This document shows positions 1 through 12,869 of a stretch of 64,000 bases of DNA, one piece after another; within the stretch, counting starts at the first letter, position 1, and each line of letters starts with the position of its first letter. Position numbers and translations under genes: made by a program. The notes beneath the pieces are model-generated. The model was given only the letters and a program-made list of their open reading frames with translations, was not told the origin of the DNA and searched no databases. Source of the DNA: Malacoraja senta (lineage: Eukaryota); the NCBI GenBank assembly GCA_038087875.1, contig JAXLNO010000573.1, positions 1-64,000 of the forward strand, given 5' to 3'.

Positions 1-166
1 ATGGTTGTTGGTGGTGGTAACTGCTTTGAAATGATTCACTGCAAATGGTTGTTGGTGGTGGTGGTAACTGCTTTGAAATGCTGCACTGCAAATGGTTGTT
101 GTTGGTGGTAACTGCTTTGAAATGCTGCACTGCAAATGGTTGTTGGTGGTGGTAACTGCTTTGAAA
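1..166. repeat. Minisatellite, ~44-47 bp unit (ATGGTTGTTGGTGGTGGTAACTGCTTTGAAATGCTGCACTGCAA), about 4 copies, cut by window edge
   Basis: Units start at 1, 45, 92 and 136. Confidence 0.9.
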
Positions 167-169
167 CGG

Positions 170-382
170 CCTTGCACCCTGCATGAAATGGTATGAAACT
201 GCACTTGAAATTGGTGTCCTTGCACCCTACTTGAAATGGTATGAAACTGCACTTCAATTTGGTTGTCTTGCACCCTGCTTGAAGTGGTATAAAACTGCAC
301 TTGAATTTGGTGGCCTTGCACCCTGCTTGAAATGGTAGGAAACTGCATTTGAATTTGATGGCTTTGCACCCTGCTTGAAATG
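170..382. repeat. Minisatellite, 48 bp unit (CCTTGCACCCTGCTTGAAATGGTATGAAACTGCACTTGAATTTGGTGG), about 4.5 copies
   Basis: Units start at 170, 218, 266, 314 and 362. The 36..539 minus ORF is mostly this repeat. Confidence 0.92.
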
Positions 383-570
383 GAATTTCAAGGAATAGCC
401 GTGAGTCAACTGCTAGCCCAACAGCCGTGAGTGAGCTGCCAGCACATGAGGCTTGAGTGACTGAGCTGTCACACCAAGAATCTATTTGGCCCACAATGTC
501 CTTACTAGCCCTCTGGAAACCAGTCGCTTCAGCCCACAATACCCATACTAACAGGTCCCAATTAGTCTAG

Positions 571-1458
571 TACCCTTCTAAATATTGACACTCCACCTTC
601 TGAGATTTATAGGCGAGCATGGGAGGACGAGCTGGGTCAACCCATTTCGAAAGATATATGGGATGAAAGCTTACAATACATACATTACTGTTCTTTAAAT
701 GCCAGGCATTGCCTGATACAATTTAAAGTATTGCATAGGCTATACTACTCAAAGACCAAATTGAACACGATCTTTCCAACTGTCTCTCCTCTTTGTGATA
801 AATGTCACTTTCAAGAAACACTTTATATCCTGTATAAAAATACAAAACTTCTGGACGAAAATATTCAATATTATTTCTAAAACACTTAAAACTCCATTGG
901 AGCCAGATCCATAACTAATAATATTAGGAATGTCAAAGGGCTGTGCTAATCTAACGATATTTCAAAGACGCTTCCTTGACTATGGTTTAATAACTGCAAA
1001 AAAACATACTTTCATTCTGGAAAAAGATAACCGTCCCCACAGTGAAGATGTGAATCACAGAAATGACCGAGACACTACATCTAGAAAAAATAAGGTTCGT
1101 CTTGACTGACAAATCAGATCAATTTTCAAAAATATGGTCTCCTTTTATTGAATTTCTTCAACAACATAATGGTTGAACACAAACTCAAAACCGATGGTAG
1201 GGCTGGGTTAGCGGGTGTACGGAAGGGTAGTAGGATATATCTCCGCTTCTTTTTCACCTTTTCGAGTTCTGTTTTGTTTCCTTACTTTTTTTTCCTTCTT
1301 TTCTTCTTTCTTTCCTTTTCACCTTTTTTTTCTTTCCTATCTAGTTAATAGTTTATAAAATGTTAAAACTGAAGCTGTACGAAAATTGTATAACTGCTAT
1401 GTCGATCATTTTTTTATGTACAATTGTTTCTAACAAAATTAAAAATATTTTAAAAAAA
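571..1458 (+). mobile_element. L1/Tx1-clade LINE, 3' end of ORF2 plus 3' UTR and A-rich tail
   Basis: Translates to ...IWDESLQYIHYCSLNARHCLIQFKVLHRLYYSKTKL...CDKC, homologous to the C-terminus of ORF 18754..20445. Pyrimidine-rich UTR and A-rich tail follow. Confidence 0.85.
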
Positions 1459-1494
1459 GGCTGCAACTCTACCGCTGCGCCACCGCGCCACCCC
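1459..1494 (-). mobile_element. 5' head fragment of HE1-like tRNA-derived SINE
   Basis: Reverse complement GGGGTGGCGCGGTGGCGCAGCGGTAGAGTTGC matches the head of the SINE at 52440. Confidence 0.6.
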
Positions 1495-2397
1495 AAAATT
1501 ATTTGTTAATTGGAAATAAAGGAACTGGAAATCTGAAGTAGAAACAGAAAACACTCAGCAGGTTCAGAAGAAATGTGTTTGCCATGAATTAACTCTGCTG
1601 CTCTTTCCACAGTTGATGCCTGATTGCTGATTGCTACCAGCATTTGATACTTTTATTTCAGCTCTTTCTCTTAAGCCTCCAATCTAACTAGCAACGGTAT
1701 AATCAGAGAGTGAAAAGGACCCGTCAATTTTATAGGCAAAGAAAGTATTCATTCTAACGTCCTGTTACTATGTTTCCTGAGCCATGGCTCATTGGAGAAG
1801 TATTATGATTCTATGTAGAACATTTAAAGTTTCAAATAATATATTATGATCCCACTCATTTCACAGAGGTTCGGCAAATATTGCAGCATATGAGGGCTTT
1901 GCTAATTCCAAACATAAATGATGTTGTTAACCATGATGACAAGTGCTGGTGAAACTGTTGTACCTTCTCAGCGTGTCCTGTTTACATGCTCTGAACAATA
2001 CTCTCACATGAATTGTCTGTTAAAGATGCGAGGCCGTGCCAGATATGCTTGTACATTATGCTACAAATGCCCAGTTTCCCTTGTGATTCTGTCCTGGTGA
2101 CGCAAGCTAGAAAACCAGCATTTGACTTTGTAAAGTAATTATAATGGATTATTCGGCAATATCCAGCTGTTGGCCATCTGGTAAAACCCTAAGAGTCTTT
2201 TATGACCAGCAGCATCAAAATCCCAGCTTCACGAAACAGAGTTGAGTGGGTTGACATCTGCCAACCTCACAAAGTTAAACTTAGCTCATTTTAAATCATC
2301 TTCCGAAACCTCTGCTCTATGTTTTACAAGAGAAAAAGCCTGTATGATCTCCAAAACCTCACTACGTCAGAATACTTTAACTGCAACAATGAAAAGA

Positions 2398-2731
2398 TGG
2401 CTCAGCGGAGCATTTGGTAGAGCTGCTGCCTCACAGTGCCAGAGACCTGGGTTCGATCCTGACCTTGGGTACTGTCCACATGGAGTTTGCACGTTCTCCC
2501 TGTGACTGTGTGGGTTTCCTCCGGATGCTCCAGTTTTCTCCCACGTGCCAAAGAGGTGCAGAATTGCAGGATAATTGGCCTCTGTAAATTGCCCCACGTT
2601 CATTGGGAATGGATGGAAAAAGTGGTATACGCAGAGCTGGTGTGAACAAGTGATCGATGGTCGGTATGGACTTGGTGTGACAAAGGCCCTGGTTCCCATG
2701 CTATTTCTTTAATAAAAAATAAAAATAAAAA
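2398..2731 (+). mobile_element. HE1-like (V-SINE) tRNA-derived SINE
   Basis: A-box-like head, B-box GGGTTCGATCC, V-domain-like GGAGTTTGCACGTTCTCCCTGTG...GGGTTTCCTCCGG...CTCCCAC, A-rich tail. Homologous to 52440-52780. Confidence 0.8.
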
Positions 2732-3639
2732 TCCACCTACCTCTCAATCAGGACGCAAGCCCATCAATGATCCCTGGCCTGCAGTATGCAAAACAAACTT
2801 AAAATACAGAGCAAGTCGGTATTTACTTTATGTATCGTAGAGAAGATTTGGTGTTGGTTGCTAAAGGGAGATGGACATTGTAGAAAGGTTGAGGGGAATT
2901 TCAGAGCCATCATCACTTCTTTCTTATGAGGGCAATATCAGGACCCATTGGTGAGCGGAAGCTCATTGCTCCACCTCATCAAATCAATGAAGTCTGAGAT
3001 CTTTGGGACATGAACATTGAATCCATTTGTCCTACCTAAGAGAATATTGTGCTCACCTATCTCCCAGATGTTTACCAGTAAGTATTAGAAGAAAAAACTA
3101 ACTTGGTTAATTTATCTCACCCCTTGATCAGATTTCTTTGCATGGAATTTAATCATGATAAGACCAAACTATAATAACGCAGGTTTTTGGTCATACTCAA
3201 AATATAGGCATGAAAGGGATGGGATACACATTGTATATGTATTGTCTAGTCAACATGCAGTGACTGGGCTGTCTGTTTGTTATTACGGCTCCAGCGTGCA
3301 GCCTGCAAACGATTGCTAACTGCTGGATGTGCACATGGTCATAAGATTAATCCCAACCCACTTCCTTCTATCACTCAGTTTAGTTTATTGTCACGTCTAC
3401 CGATGTGCAATGAAAAGCTTTTTCTTGCGTGCTGTCCAGTCAGCGGAACGACAATACATGATTACAATCGAGCCATTTACAGTGTGGTAGAGATTTACAG
3501 TAAGAGCATGGAGTGATTGTAATATGTGATTGTAGATCTGCTCCTGTGGCCAGCACGCAAATAACCCCTGGCTTGGGCACCATCTTGGAAGCCTTCTGTT
3601 AAAGTTAGCCACAAGCATAGACATCAGCATAGCTGGAGG

Positions 3640-4700
3640 CACAAGAAACTGCAGATGCTGGATCCTTGAGCTAAAATAAAGTGCTGGAGGAACTCAACGG
3701 GTCAGGCAACATCAGTGGAGGGAATAAACAGACAACATTTTGGATCAGTACCCTTCTTCAGTCTAATAGGAGTAGATGAGGTCTAGCGGATAGGAAATTA
3801 GTTCCTATCCCCACCCCTGTCTAGTTTCCAGAAAGATCACTCCTCTGCAAACGTCTTAGATCACTCAAGCTTTCCCACCCCACCCACCTCCTGCAAGCAC
3901 ATGAGCTCTTACACCTGTCCCTACACCTCCTCTCACTTTCATCCAGGGACTCTTACAGCCTTTCCAGGTGCTTCCAATGTGGCCTCCTATACAACGGCAA
4001 GACCAAGTGTAGACTAGTCGACTATTTCGCCAAACATTTGTGCTCTGTCCACCACGACCAGTTGGATCTTCCTGATGGTAACCATTGTAACACCCATTCC
4101 CATTCCCATTCCCATATGGATCTTTCTGTCCCTGGCCTTCTCCATTGCCAGAGTGAGACCACCTGCAAACTGAAGGAACTGCATCTCATATTTGACTTGA
4201 ATAGTTTTCAATGAATAGTATCAAATGAATTCTTCAATTTCAAGTGAATGGCCCCACCACCCCGATACACCTGCATTTGCCCCACCACCTCCCAACCCTA
4301 CGTAACTCCTTTCCCCTCCTTCGTACACTCATGTCCCATCCCTGAGTCTCCCATACTCCTTTTATCACACACATTCCCCTTCGCCATCCCTTTCTGCTCA
4401 TATCCTCCCTCCAACATAACATTTAATTCCTGCTCTTCCTCCTTATCTGACATCCTGTTGTCTCCTTTTCACCGCTAGCCTTTGTCACTTACTTCATCCA
4501 CCCATCTGCCAATTAAACCCCCTACCCTATTTGAATCCACCTATCACTTGCCAGGCTTTGTCCCACCCCATCTCTTTTTTCCAGCTTTATCCCGCCTCCT
4601 CCATCAGTCTGAGGGAAAATCCCATCTAAAATATTGTCTGTCCATTTCCTCCACAGATGTTGCCTGACCTCCTGAGTTCCTCCAGCTCTTTGTGCTTTGA
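3640..4700 (+). mobile_element. Degenerate Penelope-like element remnant with inverted terminal-repeat copy at its 5' end
   Basis: 3830-4245 resembles the GIY-YIG region at 25190-25670. 3640-3765 (minus) and 4603-4700 (plus) are inverted copies of the terminal repeat seen at 25785-25915. Confidence 0.7.
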
Positions 4701-5039
4701 CCATCATAGGTCGTGAGGGAGGCTGAACACACCATCATACATATGTCCTTTATGGGTTATGATGAAGCAATTTTGAAATCTGTTGTAATTAATGCATCTT
4801 GGTCTTAGGCAGAATTACCTCATGCTTGTCAAATTACAGTTTATCTCTGTTTAATGCTAATGTAATGATATGACTTCCTTTACCACTTTACGGACAACAA
4901 TATTTAAACTAAAGATGCTTTAAATCTATCTGCTTGCAACACAACATGCCTGTCATCTGATTCATACTGCTCTGCAGCTCAACTGAAAGGATAAAGTTTG
5001 GCATTCATAACATTTACTTAACCTCTAAACATTCTAAAG

Positions 5040-5460
5040 CAAATAGTGCAAACTCCCACAAACAGCAATGAGATTTTGACTGAGTAAAAATATTTGTCAG
5101 GACTTCATGATAGCTCCTCTTCTCAGCTTCAAAATAATCATCTGGGATCTTTTGCATTCAGTTCAGTTTCAGTTTAGTTTAGTTCAGTTTATTGTCACGT
5201 GTATCAAGGTACAGTGAAAAGCTTATGTTGCGTGCTAACCAGTCAGTAGAAAGACAATACATTCCCCAAAGAGACCATCAGTAACCTTTGTGTAACATTT
5301 TATCCAACTGAAAGATGGTACTGACAAAAATGCAGCACTCCCTTGGTGCTGCATGGCATGTCAGCCTCATTAGGATGTTTTGCTTATCTCTGGAGTCTGA
5401 TTTATTCCCACATTCTTTTAACTAAAGGTAAGAGTGCTATCAACTGTGCTATGGTTGACA
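5040..5460 (-). mobile_element. Old Deu-domain (SacSINE1-like) SINE, interrupted by a LINE 3' tail fragment at ~5158-5262
   Basis: Minus strand reads a tRNA-like head (TAGCACAGTTGATAGCACTCT...), then GGCTGACA...GCAGCACCAAGGGAGTGCTGCA. Family recognised from memory. The insert matches 3376-3485. Confidence 0.55.
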
Positions 5461-6194
5461 CCATTAGTTTAAACCAAGGAGCTTGGAACATGGAAACCGT
5501 CAGTGAAAGTGAGAACAATATTATAAGCATGGACCTCCTGAAAGCAACAAGGCTGCTTCAGATACAGTAGTTGGCTATGCTGATGCGAGATGCCTTCATT
5601 CCACCACTAAATTCATCTAGGTTGGTGACAATACCACACTCTGCAAATGGTTTCCCTATAATATTCAATAAACACAACCCAAGTTTGTCAAGATCCTCAA
5701 TTCTTCCTTTATATTCTTACAAGTAATCAGAGCTCTGTAAATGAGGATATATAAACTTAAAGATAAAAAAAAATCATTTGAAGGATATCTTAAAACATGA
5801 TCAATTCCATACTAGTTGTCACAGAACAGGTTTTTAAAACCTACCTTAATCAAAAAAGTGCCCCAATATTTTGAAAATAAGTTGTTAATTATTTGGTTGC
5901 TGGATTGAATCTGAATAATTTCTTTCAATAAAATTTAAGTTTGTCTCATTCCATGGGCTGTTCAGTTTTAAACAAATTCCATTGTTCAAAAGACTGTTAC
6001 GTTCACTGTAAGCACTATTATCCTGGACACTCACCATTTCTAAATTGATAAAAAAATCTAATTTATAATTCTGGTCGAGCAAAAATGTAATACAACTAAA
6101 TATTGGAAAGACGAAAGTCTTTGCCTTCATTCACCAGCGATTGATTTTCTCTGAGATCTGTCAAGATACTGAACCAAACTGAATACAGGTGAAC

Positions 6195-6896
6195 CAAACT
6201 GATGAAAGTAAGCATGCAGGTACAGCAGGCAGTGAAGAAAGCGAATAGCATGTTGGCCTTTATAACAAGAGGAATTGAGTATAGGAGCAAAGAGGTCCTT
6301 CTGCAGTTGTACAGGGCCCTAGTGAGACCATACGTGGAGTATTGTGTGCAGTTTTGGTCTCCAAACTTGAGGAAGGATATTCTTGCTATTGAGGGAGTCC
6401 AGCGTAGGTTCACGAGGTTAATTCCCGGGATGGCGGGAATATGTTGATAGATTGGAGCGGCTGGGTTTGTATACTCTGGAATTTAGAAGGATGAGAGGGA
6501 ATCATTGAAGCATATAAGATTATTAAGGATTTGGACAATCTAGAGGCAGGAAACATGTTCCTTATGTTGGGGGAGTCCAGAACCAGGGGCCATAGTTTAA
6601 GAATAAGGGGTAAGCCATTTAGAACGGAGATGAGGAAAAACATTTTCACACAGAGAGTTGTGAGTGTGAGGAATTCTCTGCCTCAGAGGGTGGTGGAGGC
6701 TGGTTCTGTGGATGTTTTCAAGAGAGAGTTAGATAGAGCTCTTTGGTATAGCAGAATTAAGGGATATGGGGAGAAGGCAGGAACGGGGTACTGGTTGTGG
6801 ACGATCAGCCATGATCACATTGAATGGTGGTGCTGGCTCGAAGGGCCGAATAGCCTACTCCTGCACCTATTTTCTATTGTCTATTGTCTATTGTCA
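6195..6896 (+). mobile_element. CR1 LINE 3' fragment
   Basis: Peptides VKKANSMLAFI, LYRALVRPYVEYCVQFWSP, RTRGHSL, FTQRVV; (CTATTGT)n tail. Confidence 0.9.
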
Positions 6897-7159
6897 CACA
6901 GTGTGATAATTGACCCAGAGGAAGCTTTGAATCATATACCTACTAATAAGTCCATCTACCGTACGTCCACCTATAACATTGCCAAACTTCACCCTGCCTC
7001 ACTTAACTTACTGTAAATTACTGTTCAAATCCTCATCTATCTTGCAGCCGATTGACCAAATTATTTCACAGCACAGCTTGTAGTTTTTCTTGCTCCTTCC
7101 TCCTGAACTTGGGATCATGAGAACTCTACGTACATTGGTTAATATTCATTGTTCATTCC

Positions 7160-7565
7160 ACAGGGATCTTCAGGAGGTGCTGCCTTAAAGAGGCAGCTAA
7201 TGTCATCAAAGACTCACACACCACCCTAGCCATGCTTTTATCTTGCCACTACCATTGGGAAGAGAGTACAGGAGCCTGAAGAGACTCCAGGTGACCTCCA
7301 GGTTCAAGAAGGGCTTCTTCTAAGCAAACATCAGGCTCTTGAACACTGCAATTACACTGACGACAACCCTGCCTCAGCAACCATGATCTTCTATGGACTT
7401 TGTTTAGGTTGCACTATGGACTTCGGTTTTGCACTTTTATGCTGTAGTTGCTTCATATTACTTTAGTAATTTATTGCATTATTGATTATTGTTGTTGAGT
7501 TAATGTGCCTGCAATGCCAAAGCAAGTAAGTAACATGACAATTAAGCACTCTTGACTCTTGACTC
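7160..7565 (+). mobile_element. Rex1/Babar LINE 3' fragment (degenerate)
   Basis: Similar to 59120-59515 (...GTACAGGAGCCTGAAG...CAGGTTCAAGAA...); (CTTGACT)n tail. Confidence 0.7.
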
Positions 7566-7569
7566 AACA

Positions 7570-7990
7570 CTCCTCACCCCTGTACTTGATGACTTATGCT
7601 GTCGGCTAACTAATGTTTCGAGTTTAAAATTATATCATGTTTTAAAACCCTCCCTTGATCACTCCCCCTCTGTTTCTTTAATTCCTATAGTTTTACAACT
7701 ATCCAAGATATTTACATTCCTCCTATTTTGATATTCCTTGAATTCAATGTGTTCACCATTGATGGCTGTGATTTTAGCTGACAAAAGCTTTAGGCCCTAG
7801 AATTACCACTCTAACAATTATTCCTCCATTAGGATACTTCGCAACGCCTCCATATCCTTGACCAAGCTGTTGGTAACCTGTCCTAATATTAATTTATGTA
7901 GCTTAATATCACATTCTGTTTAGTAATTCTCCTATAGTGAGTCCTGAAACATTTGGCAGGGGTATAGGCACAATATGAATATGATTTGCT
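7570..7990 (+). mobile_element. Probable old L2 LINE 3' region
   Basis: CACCATTGATGGCTGTG...TAGGCCCTAGAATT and an L2-like terminal stretch; highly decayed. Confidence 0.35.
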
Positions 7991-8653
7991 GTTTTGTACT
8001 GCATGGCTGAACAGCAATATATCTGAACAGAGTGGTTGTTCAACAAAAGCAGTACCTGTCACCTTCGTTGAACTGCATCGTAGCAAGAGGAAGTTGTGCA
8101 TCATGCCAAATCTCCTAGGTTAAAAAAAAACTTTAAAATATATTGCATAATAACCATAATAGTCAATTACCTGTGATCATCGTTCCCTGCCAGTGAAAAT
8201 CTGAACAACGCTTACCTTTTATGCTAAGAGAAAACAGCAGTGAACAAAACAGTGATATACCCGGTCTATTGTGTACCAGTCAGGTTACAGAATAGTCTGT
8301 TGATTTAAAAATATTTGCTTTGACAGGGAAGAGATTGTGCATTCATGCTGTTTACCAAATTCATAAGCTTATGTGGAGATCAGGAAATGATCATTTTCAC
8401 CCATGCAGTCATTCAAGAGTTATTTGCTGATAACATGAATATGTTAATCCACAAGCTTTTATGCACTGTGTGATGTTTCCCTCTGTATTCCTTGATGATC
8501 ACTATGGAATGTTGCGATTATTGTTGCTGTTCAGAGGCCAAAGCATGTTGATCTCTCAAATGAAGCTGTCCTGGCAAGCCCAGGGAGTTGAGGTGATGAT
8601 GAATTGCAGTAGGAATAACGAGTAGAGATGGTGTAAAATAAAGGATGAAAATC

Positions 8654-9944
8654 AAAAAAACACTGGTACTGGAAATCTGAAATATAATCAGAAATTGCTG
8701 GAAGCATTCAACATGTCAGGTAGCATCTATAGAAGGAGAAACAGACTTTTAATCTTAATGTTTTAAGATTAAAACATTTTAATGTTTTAGGTGGAAGACC
8801 CTTAATCTCTGACCTCAAGCATTAATGCCATGTCATATATATTATATAAATAATAATATATAATAATATAGTAATATATTATTTGCATTATATTAAAAAG
8901 ATAGCACTTGTAGCAACATAACACTATCAGTCTGAAGAAGGTTCTCGACCTGAAACGTCACCCATTCCTTCTATCCCAAAATGCTGCCTGTCCGCTGAGT
9001 TTCTCCAGCTTTCTCTCCGGGCAGATTTAGAAAATAGTTAATAAGGCCATCGAGTATAAAAGCATGGAAGCCCTGCTGAGCTTTTTAAAACATCATCTTG
9101 GTCCCAACTGGAGTATTTCGCTCAATTCCAGTCATGTTATTATAGAAAGGATGTGAAGAGTTTAGAGAATTGTGTTTTTGGAATGAGGAGTTATTGTAAC
9201 AAGCTTCAATTGCCAATAAACATTTAAGACAAGTGTATTATGAGCCTTCACACGGTACAATCTTATCTCCACGGCAAATGTCAGTGCTGGAAATGTTGCA
9301 CTGGCTGGCTAATGGCTATGAGGATGCAAGCTGCTGATGAAGTTTCACATTGGAAAGTTATGCACTTCAGTAGGAGGAATAATAAGGCAGGGGACACAGC
9401 TTTACGATTAGCGGCCAGTCATTTCAAACAGAAGTAGGAAGACATTTTTTCTCGCAGAGGCTGGAGAATTCTCCAGCCCAGAGAGATGTGAAGAGAAGAT
9501 CATTAGAAATATTTAAAGTAGAGAGATAAACTGTTAAAAGGTAGGTGCCTGCAGGCCATGGGAATATGCCACAAAGAAGGAGTTGACACCTGGGATAGAT
9601 CAGCCATGATCACATTGAAAAATGTGGCAGACTTGGGAGAACAGGTCGCTTACTCCTGTTTTTATATTTGTGTGTTCTTGTGTGCACCCTTCCCCTCCTA
9701 CCCCAGCATTTACATAACACATCCAAACTAATTTTACTTCTGAGTCACGTGAGTGACTACGTGAAGAAGGCCGTCAGCCTGCATGCGCGTCATTACATCT
9801 ACTGCATTGCTCAACGACTGGCTGGCGGCACGTCGCTCCTCCAGCGGTAAGTTTCAAATCCTACAGGTAAGTTTTCGAACTTACTTTTCAGGTTGTCCTT
9901 TTGTTGCAGGAATCTCTCTTCGCAGAGTTTTCCTGCTGGACATA
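8654..9944 (+). repeat. ~1.29 kb direct duplication, copy 1 (copy 2 = 16460-17311 + 20783-21203)
   Basis: Colinear identity with scattered substitutions. Contains a hammerhead-motif repeat, an old CR1 fragment and the first ~210 bp of a DIRS element. Confidence 0.95.
9732..9944 (+). mobile_element. DIRS element 5' fragment (copy A), duplicate of the start of copy C
   Basis: Begins TTTTACTTCTGAGTCACGTGAGTGACTACGTGAAG; near-identical to 20994-21203. Confidence 0.9.
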
Positions 9945-12869
9945 GTATGAATGACCCAATCAATAGGAGCGATCCTTTTCTCACCAATAAAACTGAAGAA
10001 CACAATATATAATAGAAACCCAATAATTCACAGCACAATACGAATTTGGCGACAAATAAAATCCTCTCTTAAATTAAGAAATCTTTCGCTTCTTTCACCG
10101 ATAGCTAACAATGCCGATATAATTTTTTTACCAATAAAACTGAAGAACACAATATATAATAGAAACCCAATGATTCACAGCACAATACGAATTTGGAGAC
10201 AAATAAAATCCTCTCTTAAATTAAGAAATCTTTCGCTTCTTTCACCGATAGCTAACAACCCCACGTTTAAGTCATCGACTATTGACAAAACATTTACTCT
10301 CTGGGAACGATTAGGAATTAAGACTTGGGAAGATTTGTTTGAAGCGGGAATTTTTTTACCATTCCAAGATTTACAGCTTAAATACAACTTAGAAAGTAAC
10401 CAATATTTTAGATATTTACAAACCGAGATTATTTGAAAAAACATTCAAAAGATTATCAAAATTTGAAGCTGGACCCTTTTTTTTGTATTTTTATACATCG
10501 TATTTTTATAATATTATTTTAAATAAAGACATGCCTTCGACAGAAGGTATAAGGAAAGAATGGGAACAAGAATTGTCTATAGAAATCTCCAAGGACAGAT
10601 GGGAAGATTATTTGTTATATATACATAAATGTTCGATCAACGTTAGACACATATTGATCCAATTTAAAATTATACACAGATTATATTACTCAAAAACAAA
10701 ATTAAATATATTTTTTCCAAATGTCTCTCCCATCTGTGATAAGTGCCTAACTAAAGAGGCAACAATAGCACATTCATTTGTTTCCTGTGCAAAACTTCAG
10801 AAATTTTGGAAGGAAATTTTTGAAAGTTTTTCAAAAATATTTAAATTAAGACTGGACCCAAATACAGAATTGATTATTTTCGGAACAATGAAAGCCCGTT
10901 CCGAACTCACTACATTTCAAAGATGTTTATTAAACTACGGTTTGATAACAGCAAAAAACGTATACTTAAATTCTGGAAAGACGCTCCTATCCCTACGTTT
11001 AAAATGTGGATTACAAATATGTCGGAAATACTACATCTTGAGGAAATGAGACCTGTTCTAGCAGGAAAACAAGAGTAATTCTTAAGAATATGGTCACCTT
11101 TCATTGATTTCTTACAGGTGTAATATGGTGCAACACAACCCTGGAAAATAATTATTTTAGAACTAGGTGATGGGTGTGAATCGTCAGGAATTAGACACAT
11201 TCCCTTTCCTTCTTGCTTAGCCTTACCTTTTTCAGATTCCTTACTTATTTTCTTTTTCTTTTCTTAAGGTCCCCCTTTTCTGTGGGGCCTTTTTTTCATC
11301 TTTTCTTTTCACATTTTCAAGCACGTGAGTGACTACGTGAAGAAGACCCATCAGGGCGCATGCGCGTCATTACGTCGGTCGCATTGGCGCAAACAGGCTG
11401 GGAGGAACACAGTTCTCCAGCGGTAAGTTTAAAAAATCCTGCAGGTAAGTTTAAACTTACTTTTCAGGTTGTCCATTGCAGGAATCATTTTCCCAGGTTC
11501 CTGCTGGACATGGGAACAAATTCAGCAAAACCCGGTGGACCGCGGAGAAATTGTGGACCGTGGGGATGTCGGCTTCGGACCGTGGGGGTGCGGTAGCAGG
11601 CTGCCGGTGGGTTTTGCTGGTTGAGTCGCGGACAGAATGGTCCGTGACTCCCGAGGTTTAATTCGGGCCGCGGGTTATTTATAGACCGCGGGTTAAGCAA
11701 GCTGCGGTCACGATAGAGGTGGCTGTTAGGCTTGTTATTTCGAGTCGCTGACAGGCAGGTCAGCGACTCCAGAGATATGTTTTAAATATGGGGCCGCGGG
11801 GTTTCTCTAGACCGCGGGGATAACGGCTACGGTCCACGGTAAAGTGAAGAGCCGGTGGCCGTCGGACTTCTTGTTAGAGTCGCTGACAGTAAGGTCAGCG
11901 ACTCCCGAGGGTATTCGGGGTGCAGACTGAGCGTGGTCATTGGGTTACTACCCGGCTCATTTAGGCAAGGACCCCGACTTTGGCAGCCCATATGAGTTTG
12001 AACTGTGTGGAGCCTGGCCAGGAGGGTCCCCTCTGTTATATATGTATGTCCTCAGTGGAGAGGAGTAAGGTCTCAGGGCTGCTTACCAATTCCTCAGTGG
12101 AGAGGAGTACAAAGGGTCAGTGTGTGGCTGACTCCAACCCCAACTCAGGAAGTGAGATTAGTGGTTTATACCTTTATGTGTCGAGGTGAAAAAGTAGCAT
12201 TTTCTGCTAATTCTGAGGAGGTTTCAGGTTGCCCTCCAAATTAAAGATGAACGCAATTTTGGGAAGGGTTCAAAAGGGTAGACATTATAGTTACCACTTG
12301 GTCACATGGGGACTATAATACCGAGATAGATGATTATCATTTATTCAATTAAGGAGATGGGAAGCCTTGTAGAGCTGTATTTTCAGTCACCTGTGGAAGT
12401 TACACCAGGTGGCGTCATAGTAATTGCTGCTCATTAAAAAGGACTGTGCACGGTTTCTTCCCCAAGACGCCGGATTACTCATATTAAAAGTAAATAAATC
12501 CCAGGTTTAACTGGGATGGGCATCTTCATTCACATAAATGTCTTTGCCTATGACAAATAATTGTTAAGTTTGTTCCAGCATTTCCCACTATGTCTGATGT
12601 ACAGGGCCAGAGGTGCTCCAATTCTTCCCTATAGACGGCGTTGGCATCGGGAAGGAACACGATTTGGAGTCGCTAGCACGTGCAGCCTGTTTGGGGAAGG
12701 AGGATACCAACAGAGTATCGAAGTGCATGGCTAGTCCTGGCGGCTGCTGTAGGCAGCGACCTGATAACCCCAACTCAGAGTGAGTGCCAAGCCAGGGATA
12801 TCAATGTCAGACAACATTGCATCTCGTTGCAATTCAAGAACGCTCCATTGTAAGGCATGTCAGGCAGCA

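Noticed and set aside
36..539. 167 aa minus ORF with repeated FKCSFIPFQAGCK
   Set aside because: Translation of the 48 and 44 bp minisatellites; no evidence of a gene.
8654..9944. Duplicate pair as the LTRs of one retrotransposon
   Set aside because: No TG..CA ends, primer-binding site or polypurine tract; the repeat is a patchwork of unrelated old elements and ends in the middle of a DIRS.
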